A stretch of 54,331 bases of DNA. It comes from Catajapyx aquilonaris (Eukaryota). The stretch spans positions 1 to 54,331 of the forward strand of contig KZ538681.1 of the NCBI GenBank assembly GCA_000934665.2, written 5' to 3'. The notes beneath the pieces are model-generated. The model made no database searches, was not told the DNA's origin, and saw only the letters and a list, made by a program, of their open reading frames with translations. The position numbers and the translations under genes were made by a program. Positions 1 to 11,912 of the stretch are shown piece after piece. Each line of letters starts with the position of its first letter. The first letter of the stretch is position 1.

Positions 1-464
1 TTCTTGCGTTTTATATTGATTATTTTTAACTTGACTTGACTGCAAATGTAATGGGCAGAACTCACTACATGCTTTGTTGGGCAAGTTATACCAATTTATA
101 GACCATTTTATACACACATATGGACTACATACATTGTAGTAACCTATATACACATTCCGCCTTCACGTATTCATTGTATTCCATGACAGGGTGGCCAGGG
201 ATCACCATCAGGTATCACACCTGGCCATCTCACATGGCAATGCAATGAATCCACTGCTGTCTGCTCAGGTACACACATTATACATGCATTATACATGTTC
301 AAAATAATGTTAATTATAAGAATTGTTGCCCTGCACATTCTCATCTAGGCCTATCATTTAAATGTTTGAATAAAATAACATGTAATAAGAGAGATTACTT
401 TGTTTCTGTCCTAAAAATCTAAAATCCTTCTCATAAATCTGATTAGAAAGCAATGAGGACAAAA

Positions 465-876
465 GTGTCGTGTAAGTCACGTTTCGAGTGTCGTGTAAGT
501 CACAAAAGAAAAAATTTATTTCTTGTAAAATTAATAACATAACACCAAGTTCACATAATATTATTTTAATTTGGGTCTTTGAAAATATCTTCCCTACAAT
601 AACACTAACAATTAAGTCATAACTGTGAATAATTTTACATTCATATCTGAAGCCTCCGTTACCAGTGGCTTTCTTGTCGTGTAAATCACACATTCCTTTA
701 TATATTTATATAACTCAAATGAAATGTGCAACTGTTAAAATTAATTAACACTTGGATACAAAGTGCATATTTAGGTCTAAACACCCTTTCCTTAAATGCT
801 ACGTTTGTGGTTGAAAAATTTAAAAGTTAGGCATAAACTGAGTGTCATGTCGTGTAAGTCACGCGTGGAATTAGCC
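465..876. repeat. DNA-transposon-like end with repeated subterminal motif GTCGTGTAAGTCAC (about 4 copies)
   Basis: Motif recurs at about 467, 489, 676 (variant) and 850; the last copy runs into GCGTGGAATTAGCC, a TIR-like end. No partner end was seen. Confidence 0.4.
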
Positions 877-932
877 GTATATAATTTTACAGCTGTCACA
901 AAATGACTTAATTATAGAAGTTTACTTTCCAG

Positions 933-1670
933 ATGACGGCTGAGACGATTCATCTTAACCATGTGCACTTATTCAACGAATCAGACACTATAACTTCTGA
1001 GATTTCGTGCATAGAGGAAGTGCAGGGTACACCAGGACATGCTTGCATCCTGCACCAATTCTTCCTGTGGAGAGTGATTGGACGGTTCTACACCCCAAGT
1101 GGGGAGATGATGGTCCGTGTGGTAGACACAGAGGAATACGCCGTGTATCCTTCTGTTGGCATGGCACGTTCTGGCGTTTTCAACCAAGTTGCCCGTGATT
1201 TCGTCAGCCGTGGGATCCAGTCTGGATTAATCAAATTTTTGGTACTCTAATGAGCTGCATTACAGATTTACGGTTTCCCTCAGGACCAGCAAGTATTACG
1301 AGATGGAACAAGAACGGGGTCCCGATATGTTGCACTTGGAGAATGTGCAGATTGTCTTCATATTCTGGGGAGTACTCTTGGGTTTGTCTTTCTTCACGCT
1401 TCTTGCGGAAATTGCTTCAGCAAAAAGAAATTCTCCGCAGAAGAAAATGCAATATAAGAAAATGGAGAAGGTCCGAGCCATCAGGAGAATACCACTTGTC
1501 TTCGTCAAGAAAAAGATGAAAAGGAATTACTTGGATCCGAAAGAGACGGGCAGAGGGTGTAAAAAGATGGCATCTCATCTAGTTCAACCGTCTTCTAAAC
1601 CATGTTCTATCAAGACTACCAAGATGCAGGAGACCAGCAAATACGAAATGAAATATCCTTATTTACCGTA
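933..1670 (+). pseudogene. Orphan terminal exon of an ionotropic receptor (S2-M4-C-tail), frameshifted paralog of 7487-8191
   Basis: Same ttccag|ATG acceptor and near-identical peptide to 7487-8191 (HLNHVHLFN...CIEEVQ...LENVQIVFIFWG...YPYLP). An extra T in the T run at about 1236-1240 shifts the frame. No upstream exons in 1-932. Confidence 0.8.
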
Positions 1671-2435
1671 GATGTTAAGAGACACTGCCGCAATTGTAGT
1701 TGTAATGCACTGTGAACAGCAGTAAGCCTACACTTAATATGTGCAAATTCTGAATTAAAAATCACAAGTGTACTATATTCTATTATTTCTTGTAAAACCA
1801 TTTTTTTCACTTTAAGAAATCTGACAGAATGAAAATAAGTAAATATGATACAGCATGGATGAAAAGTTTATTTCGCAAAATCACTTGTAACTAACCCAGT
1901 TCCAACAATACAATTATTATCCCATGACCATGTCATCATGTATCTTTTTTATTTTTTATCAATCTGGAACTCGTAAGTCAACGGGAGCACAAAAGCGTAA
2001 AATTACAAGCAACGAAATAAGCCACGATGTCATTTCTGGAGGAAATATAGTTATTGAACCGTATTAATTAGCAGGTTCCTACTCTTATGCACGTGACTGA
2101 GATTAAATATTAACAACTCCAGCTCGCAGCCGTTTGGGATACTTGGCCCGTAATGACGTTCCACTTTGCCGCGCAAAATAAGGTTGTCTCAAACATGAAT
2201 ATTATACCTATATATATCCCTTGCATCACGTTATTGTGAGAGGTTTTGCTGTTTATTTTATGCACTTTTAGATGAGTGACGATTCCAAGGGCAGCTTAAC
2301 CAAGAAGAAAGTACAGGAACAAAGAACTGAACCATTTTATCCTTGATTTTACAGTAGGCCTATTTAAATGAATTTATTAGTGAAAAAATATCTGCGTTTT
2401 CTGGCTAAGGGAGGATTATTTTAATGTATACAGTC

Positions 2436-2590
2436 ATAATGTACGGAAAATGAGAGAACGATCTGACTTCATCAAGGTTTCCGCATGAAAATACCCCCAC
2501 AGAACAATATGAGTAAACAATGTCGTCAACAAAAAGCAACAATGGAATACACGATGACGTCAGATCGTTCTCTCGTTTTCCGTACATTAT
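2436..2590. mobile_element. Small MITE-like inverted repeat
   Basis: ATAATGTACGGAAAATGAGAGAACGATCTGAC.TCATC (about 2436-2474) recurs as its reverse complement at about 2553-2590. Confidence 0.6.
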
Positions 2591-3130
2591 AGTTACGCGT
2601 TATTCCGTAAACGATGTGATTCAAGTAAAGGTCGTATACAGTTACAGCCCATTTCTCCCGAAGTTTATATTTTTATGTATATTTTTGACCCCGACAGAGG
2701 TACCCAATAATATTTCCAATTCCAGGTGTGACCTAATATTATATCAGCTGCAATATAATTGGTCACAGAGGTTGTTAAAAATTGAATAAAATATTAGAAG
2801 CAAAGAAACACATCGGAATATTTCAAGTAAGGTGGTGTCCCCTAGCGGTCACTACTTGTCATCAAGTCGATGTTTACTTTTTCAATATCCTACACAGCAT
2901 GAGAATATTGTAAATCCCGTCAATTTGTCACAGGCCTACTTCACAGAGCTGAGGATTTTGTGCACTGCCACCCAGCAGCATCGGTCTTCCTTTGGACGCC
3001 AATAGAAGAGCTATATGATCACTCTCTTGCTCCATCATATTATCATGGTAATCCCCAAACTCACATGACACATATGAAAAAAATTGTCTATCCACACCCT
3101 ATCCGGTGCAATGTCACGTCTTAGATATAA

Positions 3131-3637
3131 GTGTAATCCCATCAAAAACATTTCTGTAAAAAAAGCCAAGTTCTCCTGACTGCTTGGCCGTCAAAAGTGG
3201 TGAGATCTGAAATACGGCCAAGTTCAACGTCGTACTCATTACTGGCATTCTCAACTTCCTCAACCTAAACCACTAACTTTGTTTTTCCAGGTCGGCCTTA
3301 AGTTTAATCATCAAAAAATTTTAATGGAATTTCTCTTGCTGTAACTTGGCCATTGCTCTTAAAACATGGAAACAGTAAGTTGTAGAATTCAACAATACCT
3401 CGGACATGAGCAATGGCCAAGTTACAGCAAGAGAAATTCCATTAAAATTTTTTGATGATTAAACTTAAGGTCGACCAGGAAAAACAAAGTTAGTGGTTTA
3501 GGTTGAAGAAGTTGAGAATGCCAGTAATTGACTACGACGTTGAACTTGGCCGTATTTCAGATCTCACCACTTTTTACGGCCAAGCAGTCAGGAGAACTTG
3601 GCCTTTTTTTACAGAAATGTTTTTGATGGGATCTCAC
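3131..3637. mobile_element. Foldback/MITE, about 225-bp inverted arms with a spacer of about 50 bp
   Basis: 3136-3358 is a near-perfect reverse complement of 3408-3632; GGCCAAG/CTTGGCC motifs repeat internally. Confidence 0.85.
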
Positions 3638-3989
3638 CTCTTTTTGTAGGCAGGACTGCAGGAGTGTAGGATAATTATAAGAAAGCTCGGGGAGCCCCCT
3701 AAGGTTGGGCGTGGAAGCAATGGTCCGTTAAATATTCCAAATAAGGTAATGAATAACTTAGAGCAAAATGTGTAGGTTATATACAAGTACGAAAGTATGT
3801 AAAACTCTATCTTTTCCTCTGAATAGGTATGATTTTCTTCTGCTTTCTCATATTACGCTTCCTTTTTTTCTGTTCTGGTTGTGCGAATTGGACATCTGCT
3901 ACACCTGATCGCATAGCCCATTCGCGATCCTTAACCACTTAGATGCCTTATTAGCCCTTTTGAGTATGGATAAGTCTGGTCGGTAAACA

Positions 3990-4260
3990 GATCTCAATCT
4001 ATCGTACTCCAGAATAGCTGACTCTTGAGCCTTGATGTTAGTAAAGGAGCCATTGATGAGATGCACTCCATTGATACTTTTAACTCAGGAAAGAGCCACG
4101 TAGGCTTGACCGCACGAGAAGACAGAGGAACCCATATCGATGAGTGCATTAGTGAGACTCAGGCCTTGGCTCTGTCCTCTGTATGGTAATGGCATACACA
4201 CAAATTGGGAATTGTTCCCTGTACACATGTTGTTGATGACCTCGAATTTTGTATTTGTAT
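3990..4260 (-). pseudogene. Degenerate PIF1-type helicase fragment (Helitron RepHel remnant)
   Basis: Minus-strand frames give VYREQFPICVYAITI / SQGLSLTNALIDMGSSVFSCGQAYVALS*VKSINGVHLIN...AILEYDRLR, matching PIF1 motifs V-VI, with a frameshift and a stop. Confidence 0.8.
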
Positions 4261-4379
4261 TATTTTGTATTCTAGGTATTTTGGTATTTGTAGTTGTATT
4301 TGTATGAAATATTTGTATTAGTATGAAATACAATCGCAGCTTCAGTCAGATAGCTAGCGGCAGTGACGTAGCCAGGAAT

Positions 4380-5070
4380 CCAGTTCAGGGGCGGGGAGGT
4401 CCGCCGCAGGCGAAATTTTTCGGGTTCAAGGTCACACGAGCTTAGGTGAATATGGGAGGTTTGAATGGGTGTGTATTAGATGAAATTAGTAGCACCTTTC
4501 CCCCCCCCCCCNNNNNNNNNNNNNNNNNNNNNNNGGGGGGGGGGGGGGATCATGACGAAAAGGTTGGGAACCACTGTTATAATGTGAAATGACAAATGAG
4601 TAAGTTGTATACAGTTTATTCGGGTCCCCTTAGGTCGGTTCCAGCCCGGGCCCTTGACCCCCCAGTCCGCCCCTGTACCAGCATACCAAATTCAGCATCC
4701 TAGGACCAAGTGCTGGAAGTTCCATATAATTTTGATGATCAGTGAGTCAGTCAGTGAGTCAGTCAGTGAGTCAGTCAGTGAGTGTCATATTTTGGCCGTT
4801 TCGGGAGTTTTTAGGATTTTTTAAAGTCGGAAATGAAAAGAGATATGAACATGGAAGTAAGGGGGCATTATTTTTAATCGATTTTCATCTACCCAAATAA
4901 AAATTTTGAAGCCACCTATGTTCACCAGGGCGAAGATTCGAGGGGGTCAAAATGACGTGAGTTGTGTCGGGTAAAGGTGGTCCGGCAGTGCGGCGAGAAC
5001 TTGGCGGGGGTACTGCCGTGCCCCCTAATCTTTTTGTATATCAGGGGAGATCGGGGTCGGTTGTAACACT
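4380..5070. repeat. Nest of non-autonomous TE fragments (hAT-like ends, (CAGTGAGTCAGT)n-containing Helitron-like repeat) around an assembly gap
   Basis: AGGTTGGGAACCACTG (4561-4576, hAT-like end), CAGT-based microsatellite at 4740-4783, GC-rich hairpin end at about 4983-5026, N gap at 4512-4534. Confidence 0.45.
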
Positions 5071-5917
5071 TTTTGGTCTGGATTTTTTAATTCAGTTACA
5101 TATGCATTTAGGCAAAGGTGTTTGACTTGGTGGAAATAAGGCAACATTCCTCTATGTAATATTAACATTATAAAATCTTAAGATTAAAAATCGGTATATT
5201 TTTCCAAGGCAAGGCAGAGTATGCAAGTAGATACAATACCTCGAACACGAGTACTCAGTAAAACTTCCTGTACTCAGTTTTCAAAATATGCGAAATATTT
5301 TTATTTATTTGCCATACAAAAAAAATCTTCATTGTCTGTGCTCTTTAAACGATCGTGCCAATGCATGTCAATCGAGGTCATGATCTCTTAGTTTTATCCC
5401 CTCAGCTGCATACAGTTACTGTAAGAACAGTACGTGAATATATTACAATAAGGCCAGCAATAGTGAAGTGCAGAAATGAAAAAAAGAAGTTCATATTTCC
5501 TAAAGGAACTCGTGGAGTGCATTATATTTCACTGAACTATATGGAACCCGAAAGATTGACATTCTAATATGTTGCACACCTCCCTATGTTGGGCATTTTT
5601 CTTGGATCCGTCAGTGTCCAACATAGACAGGTTTCACCGTATATAACAGACCTTGAATAATAAATACGCCTTACGCGCATGCATTACGTACGTATTCGGT
5701 TCGCAGCGTAATTAAAGGTTCGGACAACACTGAAATCTGTGAAAGAGTGGCATATTGACATGATAATATTTCCAACGACTGCGATAATTATACAGGTAAG
5801 ACAAGGGTATGATACAGTTATTGTCGTTCACATGAGTCCAAGCAAAGGCGAGAAGCAGAATTATCCGCAGAATGCTGCTTCTTTTTGCATTCTAGATGCA
5901 TTTCTGGCATTTTCCTC

Positions 5918-8191
5918 ATGTGGAAAGTTACAGTTCTGCTTGTTACTGGAGCCTTGGGGTGGTTCCCTGACCATCGTGAACCCGACGAATATCATCTTCT
6001 GGTTCGATTGGCCCAGGACATCCAGGATGACCCCGAGTATTCCAACTGCTCCCTGGTGGTGTCCAGGAGGGAGGAGAACACGAGCGTGTCTCTGGAGGAC
6101 CTGATGCGAACCCAGGGCCATTCCTACAGGCCCTCGGTCCTCCTCAACACCCACCATCCCACGGGAATCTCCATCCAGCCCTGGGAAGAGTACCCGGGAC
6201 TGACCAGGGAGGAAGAGCTCTACTCCTTCCGAACCATGCCCCCTGACCTCGTGTCCAGGTTCTGGCCAGGAGGAAGCTGCACCTTGAATCTCTTCGTGCT
6301 CGACTCCCCTGACCACCTCCCTCAACTGGTCCTTCACACAGCGGCCTTTGTCAGGGTGAGGAACCTCGACGACCCTTTCCTGATGCACTTCAAGAGCGGA
6401 GACCCCGAAGACATGCTGAAGGAGGAACCTGTCTCAGGGATCAAGTTCAAGGTCGCAACCGGGTAGGGACTTGCTTAGCCAGACTCTACCATTGTTGTTT
6501 CTTTTGGATAAAAATTTATGAATACTTCCAAAAATCTTTGTCCTCAGGTTCTCCCAAAAGGAAGGCTTGAAAATGCAAACCGTGTGTCACTCGTGCAGTG
6601 ATGGGGGACAGCCTTCATCCATGCCCTTGGATGGGTACCCAAGAGGAAAGGATTTGTACCCAGACACGGCCAGGTCATTCAATGGACGGGAAAACTGTTT
6701 CATCTCATACGATGACGACAATGACCTTGCCTCCGCTCGTAAAGTTCTTCGTAAACATGGTCACAGCGTTTTGACAGCTCAAGACAATTCACTTCTGGCA
6801 CTTGAAGATTATCTGGGCACTCGTACCACCACACAAATGGCTGAGCCATACAAGAATACTTTGGACTTTCAACTTTCAAATGGGACGTGGATAGGAGCCG
6901 CTCAAATCATTCTCTCTGGAAAGTGCCAGTATGGATTCGTATTCTTTCCGTCATCTGACATTATTCGCTACATACACATAGCTCACAACTTATTTCCTTT
7001 TTATCTATCGTTCGTAACCACCTTACCTGCGGTTATGCACACAAGATGGACAGTGTTCGTCGAACCCCTCAGCTGGCAAAGTTGGCTGGGACTGTTCGTG
7101 TCCATCTTCGCCTGCTCTCTTGTCCTCGCTTTTCTTCTGAAAAGAGGGTCCGGCCACAAGAACAGTATCATGTACCCGATGGCCACATTATTCCGGATTA
7201 TTTTGGAGCAACCCAATGAGCTTCCGGATTTCACAGGAGTGAGGACCTGCATTGGGGCCTTCTGGATATTGGCCTTGGTGCTGGCCTGTGGATACAGGAG
7301 CAAGATGGTGGAGGTCATGCTCCTGCCAGAGATAGAGAAACTTCCCGACACACTGGATGAGCTGCATCTGTCCGGATTCAAAGGGATCATGTCTTACCCG
7401 AGCAGGCTCGTCCTCGATCAGGTGATCTGTTCATTGATGAAGTAATACATTGGAAATTTAAACCAATACATTTCTTCACTTTCCAGATGGCGACGCAGAC
7501 AAATCATTTGAACCACGTGCACCTATTCAACGGGTCGGAGACAATAGTTTCCCAGCATTCTTGCATAGAGGAAGTGCAGCATACTCCAGGACGGGCATGC
7601 ATCCTTTACCAATTCTTCCTGTGGAGAGTGATCGGAAACTTCTACACGCCAAGTGGAGAAATGAAGGTGCGTGTGATAGACACAGAGGAATACGGCTTAT
7701 ATTCTTCAATTGGAATGTCACGTTCAAGCGTCTTCAACGAAGCATTCAGTGATTTCATTGACCGCCTGCTGCAGTCTGCACTCCACTCTTTCTGGTACGC
7801 CAATGAGCTGCATCACAGATTTACATTTGCTGTCAAGAATAGCCCGTATTACGAGATGGAACAGGAAGGGGGTCCCGATATGTTGCACTTGGAAAATGTG
7901 CAGATAGTGTTCATATTCTGGGGAACATTCTTGGGTTTTGCTTTCACCACCCTTCTTGCTGAAATTGCTTCAGCAAAAAGAGATTCCCAACAGAAGAAAG
8001 ATCAAACCGATAAGATGGTGACGATCTGCGCCTCCAGGAGAAGACAGCTTCGCTTCGTCGAGAAAAATGATCCGGAATCGCAAGAGACTGGCAGAGAGTA
8101 TGGAAACGTGGCATCTCATCAAGTTCAACCATCTCCTAAACCGTTGCCCATCGAGACCAAATCTGAAATGAGATATCCATATTTACCGTAG
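5918..8191 (+). CDS. Divergent ionotropic receptor (IR, variant iGluR), 3 exons: 5918-6462, 6548-7421, 7487-8191 (707 aa)
   Basis: Signal-peptide-like start (MWKVTVLLVTGALG), S1 motif NGTWIG, pre-M1 PLSWQSWL, M3 FWILALVLACGYRSKMVEVMLLP, DTLDEL, M4 LENVQIVF...LLAEI. GT-AG introns with consistent phases (2, 0). Confidence 0.9.
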
Positions 8192-8324
8192 AATACTGCT
8201 GATGCTGGTATTGCCACAACCAAATCACTATGCGCATGACAAGGTATGACCCGGAAAATTACCGGCACGCCTGAATAATAATTACTATTTGGGCTATCCT
8301 CAACACGGATGCCATCCACAGTCA

Positions 8325-8500
8325 CCGGCGGCGGTGGACTGATGGTGGTTAGCGCGTTCGCCTCTGGTCCCACAGTTGTGGGTTCGAACCTGGCCGAGGT
8401 CGGTGACTTTTCTCTGGCTGGCCCCAGATTTAAAGAAAACTTGCTTTGGTACAACCGGCCTTTAGTAAAGTCACTTGAAACTAACATAGATCCCACAATA
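8325..8500 (+). mobile_element. tRNA-derived SINE-like element
   Basis: A-box-like TGGTGGTTAGCG and B-box GGTTCGAACC (8381-8390); no clean cloverleaf; absent from the paralogous duplicated flank at about 1670-2030. 3' end approximate. Confidence 0.55.
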
Positions 8501-10206
8501 TTATGTCTTCATGTATATGTATGGTATTATTCTGGAACTCATATAGGTCAATATAGAAGGACAAAATTGTATTACAAGAATGGGAACAGGCCAGGCTGTA
8601 TCATTTCTGGAGGAATTGCATAAGCTATTGAACCGTAATCATTAGTAGGTTCCTACGTCTACACGTCACTGGGGTTAAATATCAGTTCACAACTCCAGCT
8701 CGCAGCGAATTGTGATATGTAGCCTCTATAGTTACTTTCCACCTTCTGTAATCAAAGTAATGGAAGAGGTGAATACTGACTAGCCTGTGCACATATTTAT
8801 TCTTAAAATTTCTGCTTATTTTGTGCACTTTTAAATGAGTGGCAAAAACCAAAATAGGCTTTACCACGAAGCAAATGACAAGAATTGAACCATTGCACCA
8901 GTATTTATTAAAACAAAATATAATATTGGCGAAAATCTTTTTCTGGCTACAAGAGCTACAGGTACTCTACGAGATGCCACTTATTCACGGAAGTCTTGTT
9001 ACTGTGAAAAATTGCAAACTGATTGAGGACACCTCAATTGGCACACACTGTCACGTCATACCTTGTTTTGCATAATTTTATGTAACTCTCTCCCTGTATA
9101 TATCAGAAGGGATTAGTTTAGTATACCTCCCACACATAATAGAAATGTCTCCGTCATTCACGTCCCACCCACTCTCAAAACTGACATGTGGACAATAAAA
9201 CATTACCTAATAAAACACCTAAAGTGTATAACACTTTGTTGCACCTTTCTACGTCACCCAAGGCCGAGTGTGTAATAAAAAGTAACCGCGTGTAACGATT
9301 AGCAAATCATCAACCCCGCCCACAAACACATACACTCACACACTCACACGTGGTCCTCTCTTTCGCATTAATTCACATCGTCACTCGTGACATCACACGC
9401 TGCTGTCCTCCATGTGCCTTAAATGGCTCGCATGCAACACGGGAGGCCTGTTTTGGTGCACGGACCAAGAAGCATCATACTCCGCAACACGTAATATGCT
9501 AATTAGGAGATCACTCGTCTGAATTTTTACGTAACCAGGGAAAACAATAATTTGGGCCCAATTAATACTGGCCTTGACTTTTGGTTTTGTAATAACGTAT
9601 AGCATACCTGTGCAACTGACTTCTTCGTTGCTTGTAAAATAATGCGTCTTACAGTTGCATCAAAATAATTATTAAAATCCAGTTTTGCGTAATGTGGTAT
9701 TTGAAGTTGTTGTTTGTGCATTGGGACGTGACTAGGTTCCACATACGCACGTCGATCGTACAGTACGTGCGCTTGTACGTGTGTCAGAGCTTCGACCGTA
9801 ATTTGCGACGAGTGTTGACGTAGGAAACAGTGAAGGGGGTGGGGTGCCGAAGGGCCAGTTTGGCAGCAGATGGAATGAGGGGGTCCCGACGAGTCCCAAA
9901 ATATCTGGGGCATGTGTGTGAGTCACGTGTCTCGCATCCCTCGCATATCTCCAGAGAAATACGCACAAGGGGCAAGGAACGTGCTAGAGACATTCAGTTC
10001 TTCCTATAAACACACACAGTTCACCACTCAAAAATTTTGGGCACTCCAACAGGATATGAGCATTGTTCAAAAAATAGAATCTGGCGCATCTGTCGTTACA
10101 CAATGTACGAGCTCGTATGTTAGAGCAGGGTGGTCCATTCTATAAGTTGAAAACCGCCTCCTATTAATTATTTGAACAAATTTGCTCCACCATTTTATTC
10201 ATAATA

Positions 10207-10313
10207 TACATGGGTGACTCTAAAGTCTGGGTACATACCGTAGGTCAACTATAACAATACAATATTATTACCTACAGTATGTGTATGTGTCCAGACTTTT
10301 GGGTCACCCTGTA
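10207..10313. mobile_element. Tc1/mariner-type MITE (about 105 bp)
   Basis: TA-CA(T)GGGTGACTCTAAAGTCTGG...CCAGACTTTTGGGTCACCCTG-TA: imperfect TIRs flanked by TA. Confidence 0.65.
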
Positions 10314-11689
10314 CAGTATAGAAACCCCCTATTCTTCAGTTGCACATTTGCAACAATTGGTCACACTCTTAAAAGGGTTGGTGGGGTGAACAACCCACAT
10401 ATCAACCTTCAGAAACCAATCTTTAAAATCAAAGAATATTAACAAATCAGCTCATTCCCCTGGCTCTGAGTTTGTCCTTTTTTTTATTCATACACATTTA
10501 TTTTTTTAAAATATTTTGTTTCGGAGAGTTGCCATGGGCAGTGCACCACCCTGTGATGAAAAAAAAAGCGCGGTTTGTGTGTGGGGAGGGATAAGCAAGC
10601 AAAAGCATCCCCTACCATGAGATGAGTCAGCCCCATCCAATACGTCACGTCACACACTAAAATTACGAGCCCCCCTCCACCAACCCTCTCCCCAACCCCA
10701 ACCGCCCCCCTCTAAAAGTTTGATCTCCATTGGCAACCTCGCCTCCCCTTCTCCGGAACATACCAAAAGCAAAAAGTGCGCAAGTGACTTCGGATGCACT
10801 TGATGCACTCACCAATTTCCTGCCTTGAATTATGTAACCTGCTGTGTAATTCTTCCACGCCCCTCTTGTCCAATTTTAATCCTATAATTAAAGGGACGGA
10901 GATTTATCCGGCTTAGAGATAATTAGTGTGTACTCTTAGCATTGCAAGCGTAGGGGGGATTGAGTAATTGAAAGTTAATGTACTGTGCCCATGGATAGAC
11001 AATTGGATTGGGTATTTAGGCAGCGCCAGGTTCTTTTTTCAGTGTCACAAAATAAAAGGCGGAATTGGACAGCGTATGTGCTGTAATTAGGCATGTGTAC
11101 TGTGAAGGAAGAAACGCAACTACACAATTATTAACTTTGAATATATTACATAAACATTACTTTTACGAGCAGCTAATTAGTAGCTAATTTTATGCTAATT
11201 TCAGCAATGATTACGTAATTATAATTTGCAAATGATATTCAATGGAGCATTCGTTTGGATAATATAATACATCCTTATTTCAGCATATGTGGTCAATTCT
11301 TAATAATTTTTTCTACGTGCAAAATTTTGCACCACAGCTTGAGGTGCTTAATTTTTTAATTAAGAAACAGGACCAACTAGACTGAAAATTTGCACTCCAT
11401 GGCTCACTTTGGAGTATACAAATGATCATTTTTGAGGTGCAAATTGCACCTTTGCATCCGAATAATTCGACCCCTGCAACAATGTTACGTATGTACTACA
11501 TACGCGAGTGTCCCTCAAATAATTACGCAAATTGAATCAGTGCTGATACGGCATCCAAGCACGACACGGATGCAATTGCTCATTCCGCAAATTACTACTA
11601 AATCACCCATCCCAAAATAGTCATCCCTATTCCATTTTAGGCCATCCCATTCAGACTTATTCAGACAGAACAACAAAAATGTTGCTAGT

Positions 11690-11840
11690 ACATTCTAGAG
11701 TATGACTCGCTAATTATTCTACCCCCCTAATCCCCCCCGCCTCTACTCCGAAAAACCCACACACTCTTGCACTTGCGCCCTTGTAGCACGTAACCTCCGC
11801 GCATATAAAAGGCATGAAACCTCGCAACCTCGCTCAGTAC
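11690..11840 (+). promoter_or_regulatory. Core promoter of the small HSP gene (TATA + arthropod Inr, partial HSE)
   Basis: TATAAAA at about 11804-11810, TCAGT initiator about 30 bp downstream (11834), TTCTAGAG HSE-like motif at about 11693. Confidence 0.6.
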
Positions 11841-11912
11841 GAGTTGTCCTCAGCTCCAGTGAACAAGTGTCTAGTGCAGCAGGCATTACCCCCCACAAAC
11901 CAACATATAACA

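Noticed and set aside
4500..4547. Poly-C/poly-G G-quadruplex or hairpin
   Set aside because: It flanks an N gap, so the true sequence is unknown.
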